Notes under the pieces: generated by a model | The model's input: the letters and a program-made list of their open reading frames with translations, nothing else | Database searches by the model: none | Told to the model about the DNA's origin: nothing | Source of the DNA: Anaeramoeba ignava BMAN | Lineage: Eukaryota > Protista > Anaeramoebae | Direction: 5' to 3' | Length of the DNA: 64,000 nt | Assembly (NCBI GenBank): GCA_028826165.1 | Contig: JAPDFW010000061.1 | Span: forward strand, 1 to 64,000 | Shown: positions 37,301 through 50,287 of the stretch, in pieces | Numbering within the stretch: position 1 is the stretch's first letter | How the letters are laid out: the number at the start of each line of letters is the position of its first letter | Position numbers and translations under genes: made by a program

Positions 37301-37592
37301 TTTTATATTAATTTTATATCAATTTTAAATCAATTTTAAATCAATTTTATATTAATTTTAAATCAATTTTAAATCAATTTTATATCAATTTTAAATCAAT
37401 TTTAAATCAATTTTAAATCAATTTTATATCAATTTTATATTAATTTTAAATCAATTTTAAATCAATTTTAAATCAATTTTAAATCAATTTTAAATTAATT
37501 TTATATCAATTTTATATCAATTTTAAATCAATTTTAAATCAATTTTATATCAATTTTATATTAATTTTATATTAATTTTATATCAATTTTAA
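34312..37592. repeat. ~3.3-kb intergenic 11-bp satellite (AAATCAATTTT)n with ATATCAATTTT/ATATTAATTTT variants
   Basis: Directly visible, roughly 300 units. Confidence 0.95.
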
Positions 37593-37843
37593 TAAAATAA
37601 AGTTTTTTTTTTTAAAGTAAATAAAATCGGAAAAAAAATTTTTATTTTTAATTTTTTAACGATTTTATTGTTTGTTTTTGTTTTTGTTTTTATTTTTGAA
37701 TTAAAAAGATGACAAGGAAATGAAAAGGAAATTTAAAAGAAAAAAAAAAAAAAAGATCAACGGATAAATTTAAGATTTTTTTTCCTTTTTTTCTTTTTTT
37801 TTAATTTTTCATTTTTTAAATTAAATTAAATTAAAAAAAAAGA

Positions 37844-39370
37844 ATGAAAAAATTAATCAAAACAAAATCAAAACAAAATCAACTTAATTCAATGATTCAA
37901 AATTTTCAAGAAGAAACTCAAAAAATAAAACAAATTATTGAAAAACAACGATTAGAAAATCAAAATTTAAAACAAGAAAACAACCGATTAAAAAAAAATC
38001 TTTTTTCTTTAAAAAATCAAACAAATTCAACTTCTTTTAAATCAATTCAAAATAACAAAAAAACTGAAATGGATGAAAATATCAATTTTTCAAACACAAA
38101 ACCAACACTTGACAAATACAAAACTCCACCAAATTCTCTAATAAGAAAAACTTACAGAATCAATTCATCAAAACCTATCAATTTTCTGAATACTTCAGTT
38201 AGGAAATTCCAAATAATACCTACAAACTTGAATCAACAACCTCAATCAAAAACTAATTTAGAAACCTCACAAACAGTAAGTGGCTTAAAGAAACAAATAA
38301 AGAAACTCGAGATGGAACTTGAACAAAAGAAGATGAGGATTAAAGTTTTTGAAGAAAAAGAAAAACATCAATCAATGAAAAAATATCCTTCTCGAACAAT
38401 TTTTTCAAATAAAAAAAACAATTCAAAAAAATTAAATCAATTCAAAAAAGAAAATTCCAGATTAAAAGATGAAATTATTAATCAAAACAAAGAAATTGAA
38501 GAAATGAAATTATTAGTGATTAAAATTAATGATTTAAATCAAGTATTGAAAAATTCATTGAATAATTTCAAGTCCAAAGTTTTTGATCTTGAAAAAAAGC
38601 TTGAAAAATCAAATCAAAATCAAAATCAAATTGAAAATCAAATTGAAAATCAAAATCAAAATCAAAATCAAATTGAACAAATAAACAAAGATTTACAACA
38701 GAAAATTATTGATTATCAAAATTTGAAAATTGAATTAGAAGAATCACTTAAAATTAAAGATGATGAAATTTTCAATTTGAAACAATCAAATTTCGATCAA
38801 AAACTTGATATTCGAGATTTACAAACAAAAATCGAAAAATCACATCAGAATATTTTTGATTTAGCAGAAGAAATTAAAAAATTACAAAGAGAAAATGTAA
38901 ATTTAATTCCATTGAAAGAAACTGTTGAAGATTTACAAGGTCAACTTTTAAAATCACAAAAATCAAACAAAAATTTAAATTATCAAATTTCAAATTTGCA
39001 AAAAAAACAAGAAGAAATTCTTCAAGAAAATGAAAAACTTCATAAAAATCTAACTCATTTTGATCAAGAAAACCAAAAAATTCAAGAAGAAAAAAATGAT
39101 CTTGAATCCAAACTAATTAATTATCAAGAAACTAATGAAAATTTAACAAATTTAAATGAAAATTTGCAATTAAATGTTTCTCAATTAAAAATTGATATTG
39201 AAAAAATCAAGAATGAAAATATCGAAATTGAAAATATGAAAAATGAATGGAAAAATCAATCAGATGATTTAATTGATGAAAAAGAAGATTTAAAGAATTA
39301 TATTTTTGAACTTGAAAAAAGTTTACAAGAATTAATTGAATTTAAATTAAATAACGAAAAAGAAATTTAA
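37844..39370 (+). CDS. Long coiled-coil protein, function unknown
   Basis: 508-aa intronless ORF, K/E/Q/L heptad-rich, with an upstream TTTTTCATTTT motif. Confidence 0.75.
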   Translation: MKKLIKTKSKQNQLNSMIQNFQEETQKIKQIIEKQRLENQNLKQENNRLKKNLFSLKNQTNSTSFKSIQNNKKTEMDENINFSNTKPTLDKYKTPPNSLIRKTYRINSSKPINFLNTSVRKFQIIPTNLNQQPQSKTNLETSQTVSGLKKQIKKLEMELEQKKMRIKVFEEKEKHQSMKKYPSRTIFSNKKNNSKKLNQFKKENSRLKDEIINQNKEIEEMKLLVIKINDLNQVLKNSLNNFKSKVFDLEKKLEKSNQNQNQIENQIENQNQNQNQIEQINKDLQQKIIDYQNLKIELEESLKIKDDEIFNLKQSNFDQKLDIRDLQTKIEKSHQNIFDLAEEIKKLQRENVNLIPLKETVEDLQGQLLKSQKSNKNLNYQISNLQKKQEEILQENEKLHKNLTHFDQENQKIQEEKNDLESKLINYQETNENLTNLNENLQLNVSQLKIDIEKIKNENIEIENMKNEWKNQSDDLIDEKEDLKNYIFELEKSLQELIEFKLNNEKEI

Positions 39371-39492
39371 AACAAAAAGCAAAACACAATATTTTTGCTT
39401 TTTTTTTTTTTTCCTTTTTAATTAAAATAAAAAAGTGGAACAAAAAAAATTTTTTTCTTTTTTAAATTTTTCATTTTTTTTCTTTTTAAAAA

Positions 39493-40329
39493 ATGAATCA
39501 AGAATTCTTTTCTTTTTCAATTTCAAATTTTGATTTTTCTCCAAAATCTTCTTCAATAATATTTAATTCATTAATTAAACATATTTTCTTTATGAAAGGA
39601 CAAATTCCAACAACTTTTGAACAATTACAAAATAATTTGAATCAAAATGAAAAACAAAAAAATTTTCAATCCAAAAATATCAAATCAAAATTGACAAAAA
39701 AATCTTCAAAATTTCTTGAAAATATTCAAATTTGGTTTCAAACAATTGATTCTATTTTATTTAATAATATTGGATTTAAAGATGAAAATGAGAAAAAGTT
39801 AATCAATCAATTAGATAATCAAATGCAAATTGAAAATGAATTAGATCAAAATATTTCCCGAATAAAATTAAAAAAAATTGTACTCTCCTTTGGAAATATA
39901 ATCACAAATCCAAAGGAAGTTTATGTTATTAAAACTTCCAAATTAACAGATCATTTAAACACTGAAAATTTTGGAAATGAAGTTTTATTTGTTAGAGAAA
40001 CAATACAACAGTTTATTATAAATGAGCCTCAAATTTTTAGAAATAAATTAGTTTGTACTCGTTGTTTTATGTTTTTATTAATTGGTTTTTATTCAAAAAA
40101 AGAGGAATTTTTTAAGTTAGAAAATTTCAACTTTGGAATTTTTCAGAAAAATTTATTTCCCAAAAAAAAACAATTTATAACACAAGTTTTACAAAAGGGG
40201 CATCATTTATTAATTGATATAAATCTTGAAAAAGATGAAAATATGCAAGAAGAACTTCAAAAGAAGTCTTTTTTTTCAAAAAAAATTTGGTTTTCGTTTA
40301 ATAATTTTGTTCAAGGTTTTAATATATAA
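39493..40329 (+). CDS. MAD2L1BP: p31comet / MAD2L1-binding protein-like HORMA protein
   Basis: LIKHIFFMKGQIPTTFEQL, VLSFGNIITNPKEVY and terminal IWF...VQGF parallel remembered p31comet motifs (LLKHIMYQRQQLPLPYEQL, LGGNALSPKEFY, IWFQAPVTFKGF). Confidence 0.7.
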   Translation: MNQEFFSFSISNFDFSPKSSSIIFNSLIKHIFFMKGQIPTTFEQLQNNLNQNEKQKNFQSKNIKSKLTKKSSKFLENIQIWFQTIDSILFNNIGFKDENEKKLINQLDNQMQIENELDQNISRIKLKKIVLSFGNIITNPKEVYVIKTSKLTDHLNTENFGNEVLFVRETIQQFIINEPQIFRNKLVCTRCFMFLLIGFYSKKEEFFKLENFNFGIFQKNLFPKKKQFITQVLQKGHHLLIDINLEKDENMQEELQKKSFFSKKIWFSFNNFVQGFNI

Positions 40330-41515
40330 AATATAAATATTTAGAATAAAAATATATAATAAAATATAAGTAATTTTGATTTAAAATTATAATTTAAAAA
40401 TTAAATTATTTTTTAATTTTAATATTTTTTAATTTATTTATTGAAATAATTATGATATTTTCCTTTTTATTTTTAATATATAAAATATAAATATTTAGAA
40501 TAAAAATATATAATAAAATATAATTAATTTTGATTTAAATTATAATTTAAAAATTAAATTATTTTTTAATTTTAATATTTTTTAATTTATTTATTGAAAT
40601 AATTATGATATTTTCCTTTTTATTTTTAATATATAAAATATAAATATTTAGAATAAAAATATATAATAAATTATATAAATAATTTGATTTTAAATTATAA
40701 TTTAAAAATTAAATTATTTTTAATTTTAATATTTTTAATTTATTTATTGAAATAATTATGATATTTTCCTTTTTATTTTTAATATATAAAATATAAATAT
40801 TTAGAATAAAAATATATAATAAATTATAAGTAATTTTGATTTAAAATTATAATTTAAAAATTAAATTATTTTTAATTTTTAATATTTTTAATTTTCCTAT
40901 TTATTAAAATATAATAATTATGATATTTTACTTTTTATTTTTAATATATAAAATATAAATATTTAGAATAAAAATATATATAATAAAAAAATATAATTAT
41001 ATTTTTGATTTTAAATTATAATTTAAAAATTAAATTATTTTTATTTAATTTTAATATTTTTAATTTATTTATTAAAAAATAAATGATATTTTAATTTTTT
41101 ATTTTTTAATATATATGATATTTAAAATATAAATATAAAATATAGAATAAAAATAAAAATATAATAAATTATAATTAATTTTGATTTAAATTATAATTTA
41201 AAAATTAAATTATTTTTAATTTTAATATTTTTTAATTTATTTATTGAAATAATTATGATATTTTCCTTTTTATTTTTAATATATAAAATATAAATATTTA
41301 GAATAAAAATATATAATAAAATATAATTAATTTTGATTTAAATTATAATTTAAAAATTAAATTATTTTTTAATTTTATTATTTTTTAATTTATTTATTGA
41401 AATAATTATGATATTTTCCTTTTTATTTTTAATATATAAAATATAAATATTTAGAATAAAAATATATAATAAAATATAATTAATTTTGATTTAAATTATA
41501 ATTTAAAAATTAAAT
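40318..41515. repeat. ~153-bp AT-rich tandem array, ~8 copies
   Basis: Anchor TTAGAATAAAA at ~40341, 40495, 40648, 40801, 40963, (41142), 41298, 41451. Confidence 0.9.
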
Positions 41516-41636
41516 CATTTTACTATTTTTGATCATTAATTTTTATTAATTTTGAAAAATATAAAAACAAGAAATTAATTTTTTTAATTTTTTTTTTCAT
41601 TTTTTTTTTCACAAATTTTTCAATCAAAAAAAAACA

Positions 41637-43429
41637 ATGGGAAATATTGATCCAATAGCAAAAAAGAAGTATCAAAAACGGATCAAAAACAGTGATAAAG
41701 CTATTCTAGTAATTTCGACAAGTGGCGATATTTTTGCAGTTAATAAAGCAACAGTTAAACTTTTTAAAGGAATAAGTAGAAAAGATTTTATGAAAAAAAG
41801 AACTGTTGAATTGGCTCCTGAAGAACAATCTCATATTGGTAAAACTTCTTTTGAATATGGTTTTGAAATGTTACAAGATTTATGGAGGTAACTTTCTTAT
41901 TTTTCCGATTTTGATTTTAATACTAAAATTAAAATTAAAATTAAAATTCATATATAATATTATTTTTATTAAAATTAAAATTAAAAATTAAAATTGAAAA
42001 ATTAAAATTAATTTTTCATTTTTATAAATCAAAAAAATTCAAATATTGAAATAAAATTAAAATCAAAAAATTAAAATTAAAATTTAAAATTTAAAATTTA
42101 ATATTTTAAAATTAAAATTAAAATTAAAATTAAAATTCATTTATAAAATTAAAAATTAAAATTAAAATTCATTTATAAAAATTGAAAATTAAAATTAAAA
42201 TTAAAAATCAAAATTAAAATTAAAATCAAAAATTAAAATTAAAATTAAAATTAAAAAAAATTAAATTTAAAATTAAAATTAAAATTAAAAAATTAAAATT
42301 AAAATTAAAATTAAAATTAAAATTAAAATTAAAATTAAAATTAAAATTAAAATTAAAATTAAAATTAAAATTAAAATTAAAATTAAAATTAAAATTAATA
42401 TTAAAATTAAAATCGGATAAAAATTAAAAATTAAAATTAAAATTAAAATTAAAATTAAAATTTATAAATTAAAATTAAAATTTATTAAAAATTAAAATTA
42501 AAATTAAAATTAAAATTAAAATTAAATTAAAATTAAAATTTAAAAATTAAAATTAAAATTTAAAATTAAAATTAAAATTAAAATTAAAATTAAAAATTAA
42601 AATTAAAATTAAAATTAAAATTAAAATTAAAATTAAAATTAAAATTAAAATTAAAATTAAAATTTAAAATTAAAATTAAAATTAAAATTAAAATTAAAAT
42701 TAAAATTAAAATTAAAATTAAAATTTGAAATTAAAATTAAAATTATCAATTAAAAATTAAAATTAAAATTAAAATTAAAATTAAAATTAAAATTAAATTT
42801 AATATTTAAATTAAAATTAAAATTAAAATTAAAATTAAAATTAAAATTAAAATTAAAATTAAAATTAAAATTAAAATTAAAATTCGGATAAAAATTAAAA
42901 TTAAAATTAAAATCGGATAAAAAATTAAAATTATAGAAATCATAAAGAATCTTTAGAAGGTGAATTCCAATTCAAAGATTTTGAAGGAAAAATATTTTGG
43001 AGTAAAGTACAAGCAAGAAAATTATCATTTGGAGGAGATCAACCTTTAATAGAAATGACAATAATACCAATAGAAAAAATGAGCAAAAATCAAGTTACTT
43101 TCCAATCAAAAAAAGCAATAAAAAGTAATTCAAAAATTGAAATAAATCAAGAATTCAAAAATCAAAAAATAGGAATTCAATCAAAAGATTCTTTAATGAA
43201 TTCAAATGAAAATACAAATTCTTTAATTCAAAAAATTTCTGATCAAATTCAAAATTTAAATATGCAAAAAAAATTATTACAATTATCTCAACTTGAAGAA
43301 TTTATTCGAACAAAAGTTGTTGAAAAACAAAAAGAAGAAGAACAACTTATTGAAAAACTTTCCCAAATTAAAGAAGAAATAACTAATTTGGAAAATGAAT
43401 ATGAAAAAACTGAATTTAAGAAAGATTAG
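41637..43429 (+). CDS. PAS-domain + C-terminal coiled-coil protein, 2 exons (41637-41887, 42937-43429)
   Basis: AILVISTSGDIFAVNKATVKLF..ELAPEEQ..GEFQFKDFEGKIFWSKV fits a PAS/PAC fold. In-frame splice AG|GTAACT..TATAG|A. The intron is (AAAATT)n. Confidence 0.75.
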
Positions 43430-43572
43430 AATTGATTTTAATTTTAAATCAAATTTGAATTAAATTTGAATTGATTTTAATTTGAATTAATTTTAATTAA
43501 ATTTTTAAATTAAATTAAAAGAAAAATTTCCAATCAAAAAAGTTCACTTTTTTTTGAATTAAAAATTAAAAA

Positions 43573-46500
43573 TTATTTTTCTTTCAAATCTTCTTCTTTT
43601 TTTTCTTCCCAATCTTTTAAAAGTTGATTCATTTGAACCATTTTATATTGAACCAATTCATTAATTTCTTGATTTAATGCTTGTTTAGCAGTTTTACAAT
43701 CAGTTGGATTTCTAAATAAAATTTCAACTGGTTGAACATATGATTTTGGATCAGCAAAAATTGTGATAATTTTTTCATCATCAGAAATGGAATATCGAAT
43801 ATTATTCAAATAAATAGATGATTTGACAACAAAAGAAGGTGATTGAATTTGGGTATCAATCAATTTAAGAAAAACTAAACATCCTCCAATAAAAACAATT
43901 AAAGCAGGTTCAATTTGTGGTTTTTTCTTGTTTCCTAAAAGAGAACAACTTATCATATCTTTTCCTTTTGTTTCTATTGATTCTCCTTCTTTGAATGTAT
44001 TGTTTGTTGGTTTTTCTTTGATTGGAATCATTCTCTCTTTTTTTCCTGTTAATTTATTCCGAAGTTTTCGAAGAATAAGAAATAATTGACATGTTTTAAT
44101 AATTTTATCTGTTGGTCCGTGTTCGTGTCTATTTTCAAGTTCTAATTTTTGATATAAATTTTAAATTATAAATTTAATATAAATTTAATATAAATTTAAT
44201 ATAAATTTATTATAAATTATAAATTTAAAATTTAAATTTAATATAAATTCAACTTAAATTATAAATTTAAATTATAAATTAAATCTTAAATTTTAATCCA
44301 AAATTATAAATTATAAATTATTAAATTAAATCTTCGAATTTTCAATCCAAATATAAATTATAAATTATTAATTAAATAAATTTTTCAATATAAAATTATA
44401 AATTATAAATTATTAATTAAATCTTCAATTTTCAATCCAAAATTATAAATTATAAATTATTAATTAAATCTTCAATTTTCAATCCAAAATTATAAATTAT
44501 AAATTATTAATTAAATCTTCATTTTTCAATCCAAATATAAATTATAAATTATAAATCAAATCTTCATTTTTCAATTTTCAAAATAAAATTATAAATTATA
44601 AATTTATTAATTAAATCTTCAATTAGCTTAAAATCGCAAATCTTCAATTAAATCTTCATTTTTCAATCCAAAAATATAAATTATTAATTATAAATCAAAT
44701 CTTCAATTTTTAAATCCAAATTTTATAAATTATAAATCTTCATTTTTCAATTATAAATTATTAATTAAATCTTCAATTTTCAATCCAAAATTATAAATTA
44801 TTAATTATAAATTAAATCTTCATTTTTCAATCCAAAATTATAAATTATAAATTATTAATTAAATCTTCAATTTTCAATCCAAAATTATAAATTAAATCTT
44901 ATTAATTAAATCTTCATTTTTCAATCCAAAATTATAAATTATAAATTATTAATTAAATCTTCAATTTTCAATCCAATTATAAATTAATTTTTTTTTCTTT
45001 CGTTTTTATTTTTCTTTATTTACCAATTCCTGCAAAACTTGAATCTGTAATTGCAAGTAAAAAAATTGGATTTCTTATAATCTTTTCAAATCGAAAACGA
45101 TTTTGTTTCATTTTGATTATTTCGTTTTCAAAAAATTCAAGTGTTGAATTTTGGTTTTTTGATAAATGTTCAAGTAAATTTCCAGAAACTAATTTATATG
45201 CTTTCTAAAAATATTTTAAAATTTGAAATGAATTTTATTTTAATTTTGAAATGAATTTTAATTTAAATTTTGAAATGAATTTTAATTTTGAAATGAATTT
45301 TATTTTAAAATTTGAAATGAATTTTATTTTAAAATTTGAAATGAATTTTAATTTTAAAATGAATTTTGATTTTAATTTTGAAATGAATTTTAATTTTGAA
45401 ATGAATTTTAATTTAAAATTTGAAATGAATTTTAATTTAAATTTTGAAATGAATTTTAATTTTAAAATGAATTTTATTTTAAAATTTGAAATGAATTTTA
45501 ATTTTAATTTTGAAATGAATTTTGATTTTAATTTTGATTTTGAAATGAATTTTAATTTTAATTTAATTTTTACATTTAAAATATTTAGATGTGATTGTTG
45601 AAAAAATGGTGGCTTTTTATTATGAATATAAACAAGTTCCAAAATAAGATGATAACAAATTTGGTAAGTTGGTAAACAACAAAAAGGTCTTCTAAAAAAC
45701 ACATTCAATAATTTGGAAGCAAGCCAAATCGGATAAATTAATTCCTTTGTTTTTTCTTTTGAATTATCTTGATTTTCAGTAGAAAATATTGAATAATTTT
45801 CATCTTCAGAAATTGTTATCAAAGATTCAAATATTTTTTGTGAATTATGATATTTTGCTGGAAGAATATTGTTGCGAAGTAATAATGCTTTTGAAATGGC
45901 TTTTTGTTTTAATTTTGATTTAAAAAAATTTTTTTTAATTGAGATTTTTTTTTTGAAATGATTTTGAATAAATTAAATAGAAAATCGATAAAATTTAAAT
46001 TTAAATTTAAATTTGAAAATGAAATAAATAATTTGATTCTTAAATTTAGGAAATTAATATAAAGTTTAATTTACTTTTATGTTTGCAAATTGAATAAAAT
46101 AATGCCATAGAAAATAGAACATATCTTTCATCTGTTGAATCAAGAAAAGATATAATTTTTTTTTTAATTTGACTTTTTTCATTTTCTTGATTTTCTAATT
46201 GATTTTTTTGCAAATTATTTTTCGAATTATTTTCAAATAAATTTTGATTTTCATTTTGATTTTGATTTTGATTTTGATTTTCATTTTCATTTTCATTTTC
46301 ATTTTGATTTTGATTTAGATTTAGATTTAGATTTATATTTTGATTTTGATTTTGATTTTGATTTTGATTTTGATTTTGATTTTGATTTTGATTTTGATTT
46401 TGATTTTGATTTTGATTTTCATTTTCATTTTGATTTTGATTTTGATTTTGATTTTCATTTTCATTTTGATTTTCATTTTCATTTTGATTTAGATTTTCAT

Positions 46501-49500
46501 TTTCATTTTCATTTTCATTTTCATTTTCATTTTGATTTTGATTTTCATTTTCATTTTCATTTTGATTTTGATTTTCATTTAGATTTTGATTTTGATTTTG
46601 ATTTTGATTTTGATTTTGATTTTGATTTTTATTTTGATTTTGATTTTGATTTTGATTTTCATTTTCATTTTGATTTTGATTTTGATTTTGATTTTCATTT
46701 TCATTTTGATTTTGATTTTGATTTTGATTTTGATTTTCAAATAAATTTTCATTTTGATTTTGATTTAGATTTTCATTTTCATTTTCATTTTCATTTTGAT
46801 TTTGATTTTGATTTTGATTTTCATTTTGATTTTCATTTTCATTTTCATTTTCATTTTCATTTTCATTTTCATTTTCATTGAAAAACTCCTCCAAATTATT
46901 CTTTTGTTTTTTCCAAACATTATAAAGTACTCTTTTCATAAAATCATGAGCCAAATTCTTTTTTTCTTTTGATAATTTTGATTTCCTTTTTGGATTCATC
47001 TTTTTTTCAGATGAAAATGGAATCATTTGTTCAAAAATATTAGGTGATCCATCTTCAAAAAGTGTTTCTCCATTTTCGCTTGATAAATCTTGAAATAAAA
47101 AAATACTTTCATCTCGATGCATTTTTTTAATTTTTTGACTTGATTTTTCAATAATTGCATTATATGCTTCAATTTTTGATTGAAATGGCTCGAAAATAGA
47201 AATAAAAATATCATTAATAAGATCAACACATGTAATTGTATAAATTGTTTGAGTTAATTGACACAAAGCAACAATGTCTGAAATTGGTTCCTTTTTGTAT
47301 ATAATTAAGATTAAATTAAATTTTCATTAAAAAATGTTTTTGGAATAATTTTAACAGAAAAATGTTTTTATTTTTCATTTCTGTTTGATTTACATTATTT
47401 TCAGGATTATTTTCATTTAATTTTTTATCATCTCCATTTAATTTTTTATCATCTCCATTTAATTTTTGATTATTTCCATTTAATTTTTTATCATTTCCAT
47501 TTAATTTTTGATTATTTCCATTTAATTTTTGATTATTTCCATTTAATTTTTTATCATTTCCATTTAATTTTTGATTATTTCCATTTAATTTTTTTTCATT
47601 TCCATTTAATTTTTTATCATTTTCATTTAATTTTTTATCATTTCCGTTTAATTTTTGATTATTTCCATTTAATTTTTTATCATTTCCATTTAATTTATTT
47701 CCGTTTGATTTTTCAGTTTTATCTTTTGTTTCAGATTTTTTAGCTTTAGTCACAAATAATAAAAAAAAAATAAACAAATGTAAATAATATTTTAAATTTT
47801 AAATACAAAAAATTAAAGGATAATTTTGTTTACAATCTTCTAAATTTTTTGGAGTTTCTTTATTTTCTTGATTATGATCACTTTGTTCTTTTGGTTTGTC
47901 TTGAAAACTTTCTAATAATGAAAGAAAGAAATTTTTCATTAAATTTGCTGATAAACTTTTATTTAATTCAGGGATATTCAAATTAAAAATATCTGATAGA
48001 TAATAAAAGTTATCTAATTGAGTGAATAATTTATCATCCAAATGGCTTAAATTTGTATAACTATATAATTTTAATTTTAATTTTGATTTTAATTTTGATT
48101 TTAATTTTAATTTTAATTTTAATTTTAATTTTAATTTTGATTTTAATATTAATTTTAATTTTAAATTTAATATTAATTATAATTTTAATTTTAATTTTAA
48201 TTTTGATTTTAATTTTGATTTAACCTTGTTTTATTAAGTAATTTTTGAATTGAAACACTATGTTCATAAATAAACCAAGAAAGATTTGAAAAATAAGGAG
48301 CAACATCTGGAGCTAAAACAAATTCATGAACTGATTTTAAATCAACTAAAAATTATTTTTTAATAAAAAACTTAATCCACTTTTTTTTGGATTTGAAATA
48401 CCTCGAAAAACATTCAAAGTAATTGTTCTAACAGCAACTCTAACCATATGTTCTTCACTTGAGGAGAATCGTATAGCTTGAGTATACAAAGGAAAGGCTT
48501 TTTTTTTCTTTATAAAATTTTTTTGATTTTGATTTTAATTTTAATTTTAATATTAATTTTGATTTTGATTTTAATTTTGATTTTAATTTTGATTTTGATT
48601 TTAATATTAATTTTAATTTTAATTTTAATTTTAATTTTAATTTTAATTTTGATTTTGATTTTAATATTTAATTTTAATTTTAATTTTAATTTTAATTTTA
48701 ATTATAATTATAATTTTAATTTTAATATTAATTTTAATTTTAATTTTAATTTTAATTTTAATTTTAATTTTATAAATGAATTTTAATTTTAATTTTAATT
48801 TTAATTTTAATTTTAATTTTAATTTTAATTTTAATTTTAATTTTAATTTTAATTTTAATTTTAATTTTAATTTTAATATTAATTTTAATTTTAATTATAA
48901 TTTTAATATTAATTTTAATATTCTACTTCATTGAAAAAAAATTGGATTGTGTCTTTATTCAATTTTAAAGCTAAGGATTTTAATAGAGTAATATAATAAG
49001 CTAAAATTTCTTCATCAGAAAAATCAAAATGATGCTCAATAATTGTATTAATATGATTATTTGATAAAATGTAATAAATTGCTGCTTGGCTTTTTATATT
49101 TTCAATCATTATTGCAAGTGTTTGTAATAATTGTTTAGTAATTGATCCTGGTGTTCTTTGCTCTAAAATGTAAATAAAATATTCAAGAATTTTCTTTTCG
49201 AAAAACCAACTAATTTTTAATTTAGTATTTAATTTTGTATTTAATTTAGTATTTAATTTAGTATTTAATTTAGTATTTAATTTTGTATTTAATTTTGTAT
49301 TTAATTTAATATTGAATTTAATATTGAATTTAATATATTTAATATTGTGTTTAATTTTGTATTGAATTTAATTTGGATGCTTTAAATAAAATTAATGTAC
49401 TCAAAGAACTTTTCATTATGAACATCACCCCAAATCATAAGTTCAGAAATTTGTCTCAAAGTTTCAACAATAACTTTTCCATTTGAACCATTATAAGTTT

Positions 49501-50287
49501 GGTTATTTTTAATAATTTTATGAAGATATCTAATTTTTGAATTTAATTTTGAATTTAATTTTGTATTTAATTTTTAATTTAAATTTGTATTTAATATTAT
49601 ATTTAATTTTGTATTTAATTTTGAATTTAATTTAGAATTTAATTTTGAATTTAATTTAGAATTTAATTTAGTATTTAATTTTGTATTTAATTTTGTATTT
49701 AATATTGTATTTAATATTTAATTTAATTTTGTATTTTTTTATTTTTATATTTTGTATTTAATATTATATTTAATATTGTATTTAATTTTATATATTTAAT
49801 ATTGTATTTAATTTTTGTATTTAATATTATATTAAATTTTATATTTAATTTTATATTTAATATTACATTTAATATTGTATTTAATTTTATATTTAATTTT
49901 ATATTTAATTTTTTATATTTAATTTTTTATATTTAATATTATATTTAATTTTATATTTAATTTTATATTTAATATTGTATTTAATTTTGTATTTAATATT
50001 GTATTTAATTTTATATTTAATTTTATATTTAATTTTATATTTAATTTTATATTTAATTTTATATTTAATTTTATATTATTTAATTTTATATTTAATTTTA
50101 TATTTAATTTTATATTTAATTTTATATTTAATTTTATATTTAATTTTATATTTAATTTTATATTTAATTTTATATTTAATTTTATATTTAATTTTATATT
50201 TAATATTGTATTTAATATTGAATACTCAAGTTGTTCAAGTGAAAATTTATTTTTAGGTTTCTTTGTAAAAAGTCTTCTAAAACTCAT
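43573..50287 (-). CDS. CLEC16A: CLEC16A/TT9 (FPL domain) endolysosomal/autophagy protein, 11 exons
   Basis: Manual splicing gives VIVETLRQISELMIWGD, QLLQTLAIMIENI..YYILSNNHINTIIEHHFDFSDEEILAYYITLLKSLALKLN, AFPLYTQAIRF..EHMVRVAVRTITLNVF. Confidence 0.92.
44290..44985. repeat. Intronic ~48-bp minisatellite (ATTATAAATTATAAATTATTAATTAAATCTTCAATTTTCAATCCAAA)
   Basis: About 12 degenerate units in the last CLEC16A intron. The neighbouring intron (45220-45565) has an 18-bp unit TTTGAAATGAATTTTAAT. Confidence 0.8.
47410..47705 (-). repeat. Coding 21-bp tandem repeat (KLNGNDK/KLNGNNQ) about 13-14 copies in a CLEC16A exon
   Basis: Visible in ORF 47316..47777. Confidence 0.85.
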
